Shown here: piece after piece, positions 55,171-64,000 of the stretch
How the letters are laid out: the number at the start of each line of letters is the position of its first letter
Position numbering within the stretch: the stretch's first letter is position 1
From: an uncultured Gammaproteobacteria bacterium
GTDB lineage: Bacteria > Pseudomonadota > Gammaproteobacteria > UBA9214
DNA: 64,000 nucleotides
Assembly (NCBI GenBank): GCA_963773065.1
Contig: CAVYZN010000033.1
Span: 1-64,000 of the forward strand
Reading direction: 5' to 3'
Program-made: the position numbers and the translations under genes
Notes under the pieces: model-generated
Told to the model about the DNA's origin: nothing
The model's input: the letters and a program-made list of their open reading frames with translations, nothing else
Database searches by the model: none

Positions 55171-57540
55171 ATGAAACTCCGCTCCCAGATCTTTCTGTTC
55201 CTGTTCCTGTTCGGTCTGGTACCCCTGTTTGCGGCGGTAGTCATCAATGTACCGCTGGTTTTTGAACGTATCGAATCACTTTATCACAAGGCGTATTTGC
55301 AGAATCTCAGGGCTGGCTTCAGTGATCTTGACCAGCATCTTGCCCGGCGCCATGAAACGGTACGCCTGCTGGCCAAATTCCCCGAGCCCGGCTATGCTGC
55401 TTCCGACAAGGAGACGAAAAAGGACGGCGACATTGATATCAAGTCAGCTCGCTCCGGCTATGTGGACTGGATCAACGAGGTACTGTTCGATCAGCTCGAT
55501 GTTATCCGGGTACTGTTCATTAACGATACCGGCAAGGTTGAATACTGGCTGGAGCGTGACAATGCCTCGGGCCGGATCGAACCGCGCGACGGGACGGCGG
55601 CTTATCAGAATCCGGAATTTATCAAGGCCGGACAGAAGCTGCGACCGGGATCCGTGTTGACGGGGCCGATCGTGTTCGACAGCGCTGCCGGCGATGCGGC
55701 GCCGAATAAGTTCATGCAGCTCGGTTTCGTCAGTCCGATCGTCACGATGTTTTCTTCCGAAACAGTGCATTTCGAAGATAAACGCGGCGTGGTCATCGTA
55801 TATCTGGACGTGGGCGGACTGGCCAGTGCCTATCGCGGTATTTACTGGGCGTTCAGTGATGGCCGTTATCTCCATGTCGGTGACAGTCAGCCGGAGACTT
55901 CCAATGCATTCAAGGATTTCCCTGGAGCTGCAAGATCTTTTCGCCAAGGGGGAACTGGGACTCTGGGAATACAGGGGCCAGCAGGTTCTCTGGGTGCCGC
56001 TGTTTCGTCACCGAGAAATCAGGGCCATTGTGGGTTGGCCGCAGTGTCGATCCCTCGCCGATTGTAAAACTGCGTAATGCGATCGAGTTCCGCGTGGTAA
56101 CCATCGTACTCGGACTGCTGGCCGTCGTTCTGGTTATCGCGCGCCTGATTGCTTTGCGAGCCGAACGCCTGGGGCGTGAACTGACCGAAGGGATATCACG
56201 GGTCATGGAGTATAATGAGGTCGTTCATTTTACGTGGCGGCGCCCAGAGGAACTTCGTGCATTGGGTGAGAACCTTACCCGTCTGGCCGAGACGAATGCG
56301 GAACACAGCAGGGCGCTGCACGATTATGCCCGTGAACTCGAGGAAACAAACCGCTTCAAGTCGGAATTTCTTGCCAATGTCAGTCATGAGCTGCGTACTC
56401 CGCTGAATTCAATCCTGCTGCTGTCGAAAATGCTCGCCGACACCAACAAGGGAAGGAACGCCGCCGAAGACACCAAGCAGGCGCAGGTGATCCATGATGC
56501 CGGAACCGACCTCAAGGCGCTGATAGACAATATCCTCGACCTGTCGCGGATCGAAGCGCGTCAGATGACATTGATGCGTGAACGCGTGAACCTGCGCGCG
56601 GTGCTGGAAGGCGTTCTTGAACTGCTCAAGCCACAATATGACGAAAAAGGGCTGAGTCTGGCGCTTGAGATCGATGCCGGCGCGCCCCAGTTCATTCAAA
56701 CCGACAGGGAAAAGCTCAGGCGGATCCTGATCAACTTCCTTTCCAATGCGGTGAAATTTACCCGCGAGGGCGGGTGTCTCGGTGCGGTTGCTATCCGCCA
56801 CCGACGCGATGGATGGCAAATATGCCGTGTGTATCCGGGTGACTGATACGGGTATCGGGATACCCGCTGACAAGCAGGAAATAATATTTCAAGCATTCAA
56901 GCAGGCAGATGGTTCAACCAGCCGCCGTTTCGGCGGTACCGGACTTGGATTGACCATCAGTCGTGAGCTGGCCTCGCCTCATGGGCGGTGAAATCCAGGT
57001 CGAGAGCCAGCCGGGGGCGGGCGCGACATTTACCTTGCTGCTGCCGGAAACCATGCCGGAACGTCATGAGGTTGAGAAATATGAACCACCGGCTTGCGGG
57101 CAGTACCCAGGACAAGACATCAGCGGCGGCCATTCCCGAGGCGGATTACCCGGGCACCCGTGTGCTGCTGGTTGATGATGACATGAGAAACCTGCTGGCG
57201 CTTACCCCGCTGCTGGAGCGCTGGGGGATTACGGTCATGGCGGCCGGTGACGGCCATGAGGCGCTGGAGACGCTGGAGACTGGGGGTGATTTTGATCTCG
57301 TGCTGATGGATATTATGATGCCGGAACTGGACGGCAATGAAGTCACCCGGCGAATCCGGAGTCAGGCCGAGATTCGCGCATCTGCCGGTGATCGCATTAA
57401 CGGCGCGTGCCGGTGGCGATGACCGCCGCAACAGCCTGGAAGCCGGTGCGAACGACTGTCTCATCAAGCCGGTCGATCCGCAGGATCTGAAAACAATGCT
57501 GGACAATTACCTGGCCAAAAGAAACGACGGGGGTGAGTAA
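55171..57540 (+). CDS. Membrane hybrid sensor histidine kinase with C-terminal receiver (frameshifts)
   Basis: Two TM segments flank a periplasmic domain. H-box [30 protein letters not shown] and GGTGLGL; receiver LLVDD...LMDIMMP...KP. Confidence 0.9.
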
Positions 57541-58406
57541 TGACGCGTTATGCCGGATTCCGTGTGCTGATAGTCGATGACAATGAAAACAATCTGTACA
57601 CCCTGCGTGCCCTCATCAATAAACATATGGATGTCGAGGTGCTCCAGGCATCATCTGGACAGGCTGCAATCGACAGCGCGCTGAATGATCCCCGCATCGA
57701 CCTGATTATTCTCGATGTCCAGATGCCCGAGATGGACGGATTCCAGACGGCCTCCATGCTCAAGGTCCGGCAGAGAACGAAGGATATCCCGATCATCTTT
57801 CTGACCGCGGCGTATAAAACGGACGAATTCCAGAAGAAAGGCTATGTGGTCGGTGCGGCGGACTATCTGCTCAAGCCGATCGACGACAACCAGTTGATCA
57901 ACAAGATCAGCACCTATCTGCGGCTGATTGAAAAAGAGCGCGAGATGAACCGCCGGCTGGAGGGGTTGGTGGCGGAGCGCACCCGGGAATTGCAGCTTGC
58001 CAAGCATTACCTGGAAAATGTCATCAGTCATATGGGCGAGGCGCTGCTGCTATTGGAACCATCGGGCAAGATCAAGGCCGCGAATCCTGCCGCCTGCCGC
58101 ATGCTAGGTTATGGTGAAGGCGACCTGGTAGGCATGTTGATCGGCGATGTATTTGAAGAGGAAGAGCAGGAACAGGCCAAGGCCTTCATGGGGACTTGGC
58201 TTGAAGCGTTGATACGCACCGGAACCATCAGCCGGATCGATGCCAGTTTCATCGCCAGGGACCAGCGACGGGTGCCTATCCTGTTCTCGAGGACTGCGAT
58301 TATGAACGACGCCGGCGAAATTACTGATATCATCTGCATTGCCAAGGATATGACGGGCTATACGCGTGTTGGCGATGAACCCGCCCGGGACCTGAAACGG
58401 CTATGA
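57540..58406 (+). CDS. Response regulator: receiver + coiled coil + PAS, no output domain
   Basis: LIVDDN, ILDVQMPEMDG, DYLLKP, LVAERTREL, then PAS (ANPAAC..LGY...IAKDMT). Confidence 0.88.
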   Translation: MTRYAGFRVLIVDDNENNLYTLRALINKHMDVEVLQASSGQAAIDSALNDPRIDLIILDVQMPEMDGFQTASMLKVRQRTKDIPIIFLTAAYKTDEFQKKGYVVGAADYLLKPIDDNQLINKISTYLRLIEKEREMNRRLEGLVAERTRELQLAKHYLENVISHMGEALLLLEPSGKIKAANPAACRMLGYGEGDLVGMLIGDVFEEEEQEQAKAFMGTWLEALIRTGTISRIDASFIARDQRRVPILFSRTAIMNDAGEITDIICIAKDMTGYTRVGDEPARDLKRL

Positions 58407-58470
58407 CAATGTGCTTGCAACCCGGGTTGTGCCCGGTACACTTTGCGAAGGATTACGTGTGGAGCACCCG

Positions 58471-58803
58471 ATGGAAGATTTAGAACCAGATCAGGCACCT
58501 GAAGAGGATATCACGCTGACCGCGGATGCCCTCAAGGCGATGGGGCATCCATTACGGTGGAAAATCCTGTGTACACTGGGTAACAAGGAGATGTCCGTTG
58601 GCGAGATCGTCGAGAAAATCGGCACCTCTCAAAGCAATGTATCGCAACACCTGGATCAGCTTCGCAATAAGAATATAGTGTCATCCAGGCGTGATGCCAA
58701 TCGGATCTATTACCGCGTCAGGAATGACCAGTTGCTGGAACTGATCGGGACCATGCGCTCCGTGCTTTGTCGCACAAACCTTGATGACCTGATGTCGGAA
58801 TAG
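58471..58803 (+). CDS. ArsR/SmtB-family repressor, BigR/SqrR-like
   Basis: LKAMGHPLRWKILC, SQSNVSQHL HTH, and a second Cys near the C-terminus (RSVLC). Confidence 0.85.
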   Translation: MEDLEPDQAPEEDITLTADALKAMGHPLRWKILCTLGNKEMSVGEIVEKIGTSQSNVSQHLDQLRNKNIVSSRRDANRIYYRVRNDQLLELIGTMRSVLCRTNLDDLMSE

Positions 58804-59072
58804 TTGTTTGGTCTAATCGAGACGAGAACCCGGGGACCGGTCAGAAGGAGCCGCCTCCCTGTTAGGATTTTTAGGGAAATGAGCTGCTCGCCTGTCTTAG
58901 GCGGCAGGCGACCAGCATCATAGCCAGCGGCAACCACCGCAAACCCATAGGGAGCGCCGTAAAATCGTGAACATTCATTCTCGACACTCCCGCCATGATC
59001 GCTGCGGTCACCTGAACCCGCCGGACACCCTGGTCTTCATTCAGGATAAACGCGCCATATCATCGATACCCT

Positions 59073-59483
59073 ATGGGAAAGCCGGCAAAAAAACTCCTGT
59101 TCTCGATCGTGGAACTCGGCGGCTATCCGAACTTCGCTCCGCTCTATGAGGAACTCGGGTATGTGGTAGCGGTGGAAAATTCCATGCGCAAGGCCATCGG
59201 ATTTCTCAAGAAGACGAAACCGGCGGTGATCGTGGCGGAATTCAATTTTCAGTCTGATTTCCGCGATCGCACGAGCAGTCTGGAATCACTGCTGGCCGTG
59301 GTGCAGCGATTGCCGGAGACGAAAGTCATTGTGTTCTACGACAGGGAGTATTTGCCCCAGTTTGAAAAACTGTGCGCACGCTTGCCGGTGCATGCCGCGA
59401 TCGCATTTCCCATCGAAGTGCAGGAACTGAGATCATGTCTTGAGGAAGTGGCGGCGCGAGAGGCATCAGGCATTGACGCCTGA
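59073..59483 (+). CDS. Hypothetical protein with atypical (pseudo-)receiver-like fold
   Basis: Beta/alpha pattern LLFSIVE...LGY.V...A...L....P.VIVAEF resembles CheY, but with Glu at the phospho-Asp position. Confidence 0.6.
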   Translation: MGKPAKKLLFSIVELGGYPNFAPLYEELGYVVAVENSMRKAIGFLKKTKPAVIVAEFNFQSDFRDRTSSLESLLAVVQRLPETKVIVFYDREYLPQFEKLCARLPVHAAIAFPIEVQELRSCLEEVAAREASGIDA

Positions 59484-59551
59484 TTCAAAACGTGTTTAGA
59501 GTGGTTTAACCTGATGACCATCGATCCTAACTCACAAGGAGATAGCCAGAG

Positions 59552-60293
59552 ATGAGGCATGCTTACTGTACTATTCCGGTTCCGCGATACGGCAGCAGGA
59601 CCGGAACTTCGCTGGCTAGGGGTGGGTGGATGGCCCTCCTTGCGTTATTTCTGCTGGCGTACCGCGATGCCACCCCCGGTATCGGCCTCGGAGTTCAGGG
59701 TGCGCGTCTTCGAACGGGGCGGCAATCAACCGCTTTCAGGGGTATCGGTCTGCCTGGGGACGCCGGCAAACATCATGCAGTTCGGAGCTGACCAGACCGA
59801 CGGGGAGGGTTACGCGGTTTTTGCCGACGTTCCCCGCACACCTCTGCTTATTACCGCCTCGAAATCCGGTTACAAGGGGGAACAGCAATCTCTGGTGACC
59901 TCTACTATCGAACGCCTGCTGGTTATATCACTGCCGACCGGTGGCGGGGGTCCGCTGTGTACGGCAACCGGCAGCCGCGCCATGACGGACACAGGCGGTC
60001 TGCGGATCGGTAATTTCAGCATCAACAATGGCGCCGCCGTGTCGTCAGACAGGCAGGTGCATCTTAATCATGCTGTGAGCGGGCGTCCGAATCAATTCCG
60101 GGCCAGCGAGGACCCGGATATTTCCACAGCCCCGTGGCTGACGTATAGCGCCGATCCCGTTTTTGTACTCAGTCCGGAGGTCGGCACGAAGACGGTTTAT
60201 TTCCAGGTACGCCGGTATTCGACGATTAATGGCGCCGATATCCAGACACTCTCCCCAGTAGTGCATGACTCCATAATTCTGCAGGGCCGATGA
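59552..60293 (+). CDS. Exported protein with carboxypeptidase-regulatory-like (prealbumin-fold) domain (frameshift near 59660)
   Basis: Hydrophobic leader, PLSGVSV...TDGEG.AVF.DVP...ITASKSGY, and a beta-rich C-terminal domain (FSINNGA, GTKTVYFQVR). Confidence 0.65.
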
Positions 60294-60464
60294 CACAAGA
60301 ATCAGTCGCGGAACGTACACATGAATGCCCGGTTTTTATGGGAGCCACACCGGGTATTCTCACGGTGTTCTGTTTTTGAAATCCTTGGCGCCTCGGCGGT
60401 GAAGAATTCGGGCTAGAAGACCGGTTCCTCGAGATTGTAATCAAGCGTTTTCTCGGCAAGGATT

Positions 60465-60824
60465 TTACCGTGTTGCAGCCATGATAACCACGGTCCAGGA
60501 TCCGGGCCGATCCGGTGTCAGGACCTTGCTTGACCAGACACGAGAGCGCGGACCATCGACATGGAACCGAGCCTCGCTTACCACCTCGCCTCTGTATTCC
60601 CATCTGTGTGTTACGACCTGGCCTGGGAGGTTCCTGAATTCGGTAAAGCAGAAAATCCGCTCTATCGACCCATTGAGTTCGGTCAGATTATCCACCGGCT
60701 CCTGGTCCTCAATGGCGGTGGTGAATTGTGCGCGTGCCAAGGGATTGCCGCCCGGGGACGGGTCAGCGGCGTAGATGGTTGCTGCAAGGAGAAGGGGAAT
60801 GACAGTGACCAGAGTCCTGTACAT
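60465..60824 (-). CDS. DUF2914-like exported protein
   Basis: Signal peptide, RAQFTTAIEDQEPVD, FTE...G..VTHRW and R.RVWSSK....G.W.V. Confidence 0.78.
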   Translation of the reverse strand: MYRTLVTVIPLLLAATIYAADPSPGGNPLARAQFTTAIEDQEPVDNLTELNGSIERIFCFTEFRNLPGQVVTHRWEYRGEVVSEARFHVDGPRSRVWSSKVLTPDRPGSWTVVIMAATR

Positions 60825-60896
60825 GTCGAAAGACCATCACATTTGACAGTGCTTACATCAAAGCACGATGGCCGCGCTGGGTCTGTGATGCGAATC

Positions 60897-61391
60897 TCAT
60901 GCGGTAAGGGGATGATGGAACCAATAACTCATTTGACGGGGCGACATGCGTTTCCTGCGTCCCTCGAAACTGGCGATGGCCTGCACGATCTGGTCATAGG
61001 GCAGGTTTTCGATTTGCGCATACCGTTCAAGCGCCTCACATGCCAGACCATGGATGTTGCCAACCGTACTATCTTGCGCCCTGTCAAGATGCAGCAGCTT
61101 TTGCAGTCCCAGCAATCCCCCGATCTGCACTCTGATTTCCTTGGCGTGAGGCAGTGGTCCGTCGGCATGGGTGAGATGCAGGGAGAAGCGCGCATTGCGG
61201 CGCATGGCATCGAGCAACTCGATACACAGGGCATTGCCCTCGTCCGACTTGCAGGCTACGCCTTCACGGTCCGCAAGATTGAAGCGTGCGGATAGTACAC
61301 AGCCGCAGCGTCGCGAGCCGATCGCCTTTTCAAATATACAGCGGCGCTGGTTAAGCGCCTGGTAGGTTGTCCGGTATTCCTGTTCTTCCAC
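60897..61391 (-). CDS. Cys-rich hypothetical protein
   Basis: 164-aa ORF with an N-terminal C-x10-C-x-C-x15-C-x8-C cluster. Confidence 0.7.
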   Translation of the reverse strand: MEEQEYRTTYQALNQRRCIFEKAIGSRRCGCVLSARFNLADREGVACKSDEGNALCIELLDAMRRNARFSLHLTHADGPLPHAKEIRVQIGGLLGLQKLLHLDRAQDSTVGNIHGLACEALERYAQIENLPYDQIVQAIASFEGRRKRMSPRQMSYWFHHPLTA

Positions 61392-61449
61392 GATTTATGT
61401 CACGGCATGAAGTGGCGCTGGATGATCCCGGGCAACGAGGCCATGGCTG

Positions 61450-61689
61450 TTAGATTTCCCATTCCTTGAGTATCGGCTTTTCCCGGTGTTCGAGCAGGCG
61501 CTGTTCCGCCTCGGGCTGGTTGTCGGCGAAGATGATTTTGTAGATAAAGTCGGCGTCCTTGGATTGGGTCGTGCGCAATGCCTTGACCTCGTTTTTTGCT
61601 TCTCGGTAGTTTTCATGTTGCCCAGTGAATTCAAGCGACCGGGCAATCGCCGTTTCTCCAGGGATGATCTTGTAAATGTAGTAGGGCAT
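61450..61689 (-). CDS. Small hypothetical protein
   Basis: 79-aa ORF MPYYIYKI...KIIFADNQPEAEQRLLEHREKPILKEWE, co-oriented with its neighbours. Confidence 0.7.
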   Translation of the reverse strand: MPYYIYKIIPGETAIARSLEFTGQHENYREAKNEVKALRTTQSKDADFIYKIIFADNQPEAEQRLLEHREKPILKEWEI

Positions 61690-62042
61690 GGCAAGGGTCC
61701 GGTAATTATGGTCGGTGAGAATATGAAACTTATGACTAGTATAACAACGTCATTATTACGGGCTCCAGGTTCACCGTATTCATGGCGGCCGCGGTGCAGG
61801 CGCTTGTATCCCCATTTCGTGATTATGGCTGTAAGTTGTGTGAGCATATCGAGTCGTTGCACCATCGAGGCCAACCCGGGGTTGCCGGGTTCTGACTATC
61901 ATATCCCATATCAACACTTCATTCTGAAAATAGCCGGTGGACAGTATGTGCGCTTTGTCATACATGGGTGAAGAGACGTACCGGAACGGCCCGCCTTCGC
62001 ATTCATGTTCGGGCTTAGGACGTGCAATGGTGTTAGCCATTC

Positions 62043-62342
62043 CTAGCCGCTTTCCAGAACAATACTGACGACCCGGTTGTTGTACAGCACCACGCATCCG
62101 GTTTGTCGCGAGATGCCGTCTTCACTATAGTCAAAGGTGTAGGTGCGCTTCAGTCCATAATCACCACTGTCGCGGTAATAGGGCCTGATAGCCTGCAGCG
62201 AGACGGTCCCGTCGAGCAATTGCAGTCCCTGCCGCCTGCAGGAAGCCCGTGCGATTTGGATGGCAATATCGCGGCACTTCAGACTCACCAGCCAAAACCA
62301 GACCAGCAGGCAGATGAAAATCAGTAATGTGATTGACGACAT
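62043..62342 (-). CDS. DUF3301-like membrane-anchored protein
   Basis: N-terminal TM segment, C...GLQLLDGTV and R.Y.F.YS.DG..R..G. Confidence 0.78.
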   Translation of the reverse strand: MSSITLLIFICLLVWFWLVSLKCRDIAIQIARASCRRQGLQLLDGTVSLQAIRPYYRDSGDYGLKRTYTFDYSEDGISRQTGCVVLYNNRVVSIVLESG

Positions 62343-62552
62343 AACATCAATACTAAGGCAATGTCTACGGATGAAAACCACTACGCGACATGTTACCCGC
62401 CACAACCATCATCGATAGGCGGACAGATTGAAGGGTTATGTGTCTGATTTTCCTTGTGGATACTGGGAAATGTTTACGTCTCGACGGGAGTGACCTGCTA
62501 GAATGTAACTTGCCGATGTAGGTCTAGATTAATCAAAGGTGGTCCAGGGAGC

Positions 62553-62954
62553 ATGTCAGCACTCACATCAGAAGACCGGGGTCATCTGGGCCGCATGGTC
62601 GTCACCATGCTGGATGAATGGGGCATCAAGGCTTCCGACCAGGTGAACATCTTGGCGTTACCGGAAGGAACTCCGACTAGGATGCTGCGCCGCTATCATG
62701 AAGATACCCCGCTGCCGGATGTGCCGGCGGTGATGCAACGGGTCGAACACCTGTTGGGTATTGCCGATGCGCTGCGCACCACCTTTCCCCGCAACTCCAA
62801 TATCGGTGTCATGTGGCTGAAGCAGCCCTGCAAACGACTGCGCAGTCGCCGGCCGCTGGACATCATGGTGGAGGGCGGATTGAGTGGTCTCATCACCGTC
62901 CGCACCCACCTCGACTGCTCCTTTGCCTGGCGCGAATCCGAGCGGAAAGATTGA
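62553..62954 (+). CDS. Xre/MbcA/ParS antitoxin-like (DUF2384) protein
   Basis: LDEWGI....Q..IL.L N-terminal HTH-like region and C-terminal WL..P...L..RRPLD.M...GL..V..LD. Confidence 0.7.
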   Translation: MSALTSEDRGHLGRMVVTMLDEWGIKASDQVNILALPEGTPTRMLRRYHEDTPLPDVPAVMQRVEHLLGIADALRTTFPRNSNIGVMWLKQPCKRLRSRRPLDIMVEGGLSGLITVRTHLDCSFAWRESERKD

Positions 62955-63233
62955 CGCTTACCAGGCGAGAGACATCAATAATTGATTTCAACGATGACCT
63001 GACAAAGTTGGATCACGGGAAACAAAGACGGTTTATCAACGTTACTGGCAAGTATCGAGCTTCCCCCTGCACAGACATAGGCCACGGATCCCTTGCGTGA
63101 GCGCGGCCATGTCGTGATGTTCGCAGGGGCTATTCTCGTTGGCGGCGGCGCACCAGCTTGTAGCTGGTGATATCGCCGCAGAATTCCGCAATGATCGGCG
63201 GTTAGACTAATTATAGCCCGGGGCCAGCAGAGT

Positions 63234-63584
63234 ATGAACAAGCCAGGGATTCGGACCGCCATACCCAAGCGCCGTTACAAATACGGTGAATTCACCGTTG
63301 TGGTGCTGGGAGATATCGAAAGCAGTGACGGTATCGACTATCGCTATATCATGGCCGTGGTGAAGGGAGCGGATCCGGCCCCCGGGCTCTATCTGACAGC
63401 GGAGAAGGCCGGCAAGACGGGCCCGCAAACCGACTATACTATGCGTATGTTCATGCAGGATGGCGCCGCGGTGATCGCGACATCCCCGGCATGGGGGGAA
63501 CTGGATGCCTTCGTACAGGAGGGATTGGAGATCGTGAGCGAGATGCTGGGACTGTCCGACGAGGTTACCTACCAGTTGCTGTAG
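63234..63584 (+). CDS. Hypothetical protein
   Basis: 116-aa ORF with host-like codon usage, followed closely by the next ORF. Confidence 0.7.
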   Translation: MNKPGIRTAIPKRRYKYGEFTVVVLGDIESSDGIDYRYIMAVVKGADPAPGLYLTAEKAGKTGPQTDYTMRMFMQDGAAVIATSPAWGELDAFVQEGLEIVSEMLGLSDEVTYQLL

Positions 63585-63596
63585 AAGCGTAGAGAG

Positions 63597-63890
63597 ATGA
63601 AGAAACAGGTACGCAGGCGGTCGATTGTGTTGCTGGTATTGTCATCAGCGCTGTGGACCTCAACCCTGCAGGCCTTCTTCTGTTTCTCCATGGGCGGGGG
63701 GAACAGGCACAGGGACGGTTATTATCCCGTACCACCGCCTTACGGTGGATTCAGAGCCGGTGGTTATCTGGCCTTACCCTACAGCTACAGCCCGGTAATG
63801 CTGGAACCGATCATCACACCCGCTGAAACCCGGAATGTGGAGTTGCCTATCCCGGTAGCCCCGGTTCCGAAGCAGCATATATTCCATTGA
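63597..63890 (+). CDS. Exported Gly/Tyr/Pro-rich small protein
   Basis: Signal peptide ending TLQA, then FFCFSMGGG, YYPVPPPYGG and a Pro-rich tail. Confidence 0.6.
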   Translation: MKKQVRRRSIVLLVLSSALWTSTLQAFFCFSMGGGNRHRDGYYPVPPPYGGFRAGGYLALPYSYSPVMLEPIITPAETRNVELPIPVAPVPKQHIFH

Positions 63891-64000
63891 GAGCTCGCTT
63901 TCGGGCCGAAATCTCGTGTTATCTGACCAGGTTGAAAGGTACAGCACCTTCGTGAATCCTGCCCGTTGCAGGGCAAATTTACCGATGCCGGCGCGCGGGC

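Overview
This GC-rich bacterial chromosomal window most likely comes from a sulfur-oxidising, sulfur-storing gammaproteobacterium. It carries soxK-X-Y-Z-A-B without soxCD, tusA, a CysL/YeiE-type LysR regulator, a sulfur-globule protein gene and a two-cysteine BigR/SqrR-type ArsR repressor. Most of it is conserved backbone: bepA, perM-bcp-gcvR-dapA-bamC, purL, ettA, glyA-nrdR-ribD-ribE-ribB-ribH-nusB-thiL-pgpA, folE2, ispA-xseB, rubrerythrin-FeS oxidoreductase-DUF3501, parE-parC and ppx. About half of the genes, including essential ones such as parE and parC, are split by single-base frameshifts. I read these as uncorrected long-read indels and give reconstructed gene spans, so some boundaries are approximate. 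The best candidate for an undescribed system is a compositionally foreign three-gene cassette at about 25.4-28.6 kb, between an AcuC/HDAC gene and glyA. It encodes a ParB-type CTPase-fold+HTH protein with no ParA, an Mrr-like PD-(D/E)xK (QxK) nuclease and an alpha-class SPPY amino-methyltransferase, i.e. a putative ParB-assisted restriction-modification/defence system. Other points of interest are lipobox-bearing SoxB and SoxK, absence of dxs from the xseB-ispA-folE2 locus, an 18-residue-repeat SPOR protein, unannotated small genes, REP-like hairpins, and a block of uncharacterised genes next to the ArsR repressor. All family assignments come from motif recognition by eye; no database searches were run.
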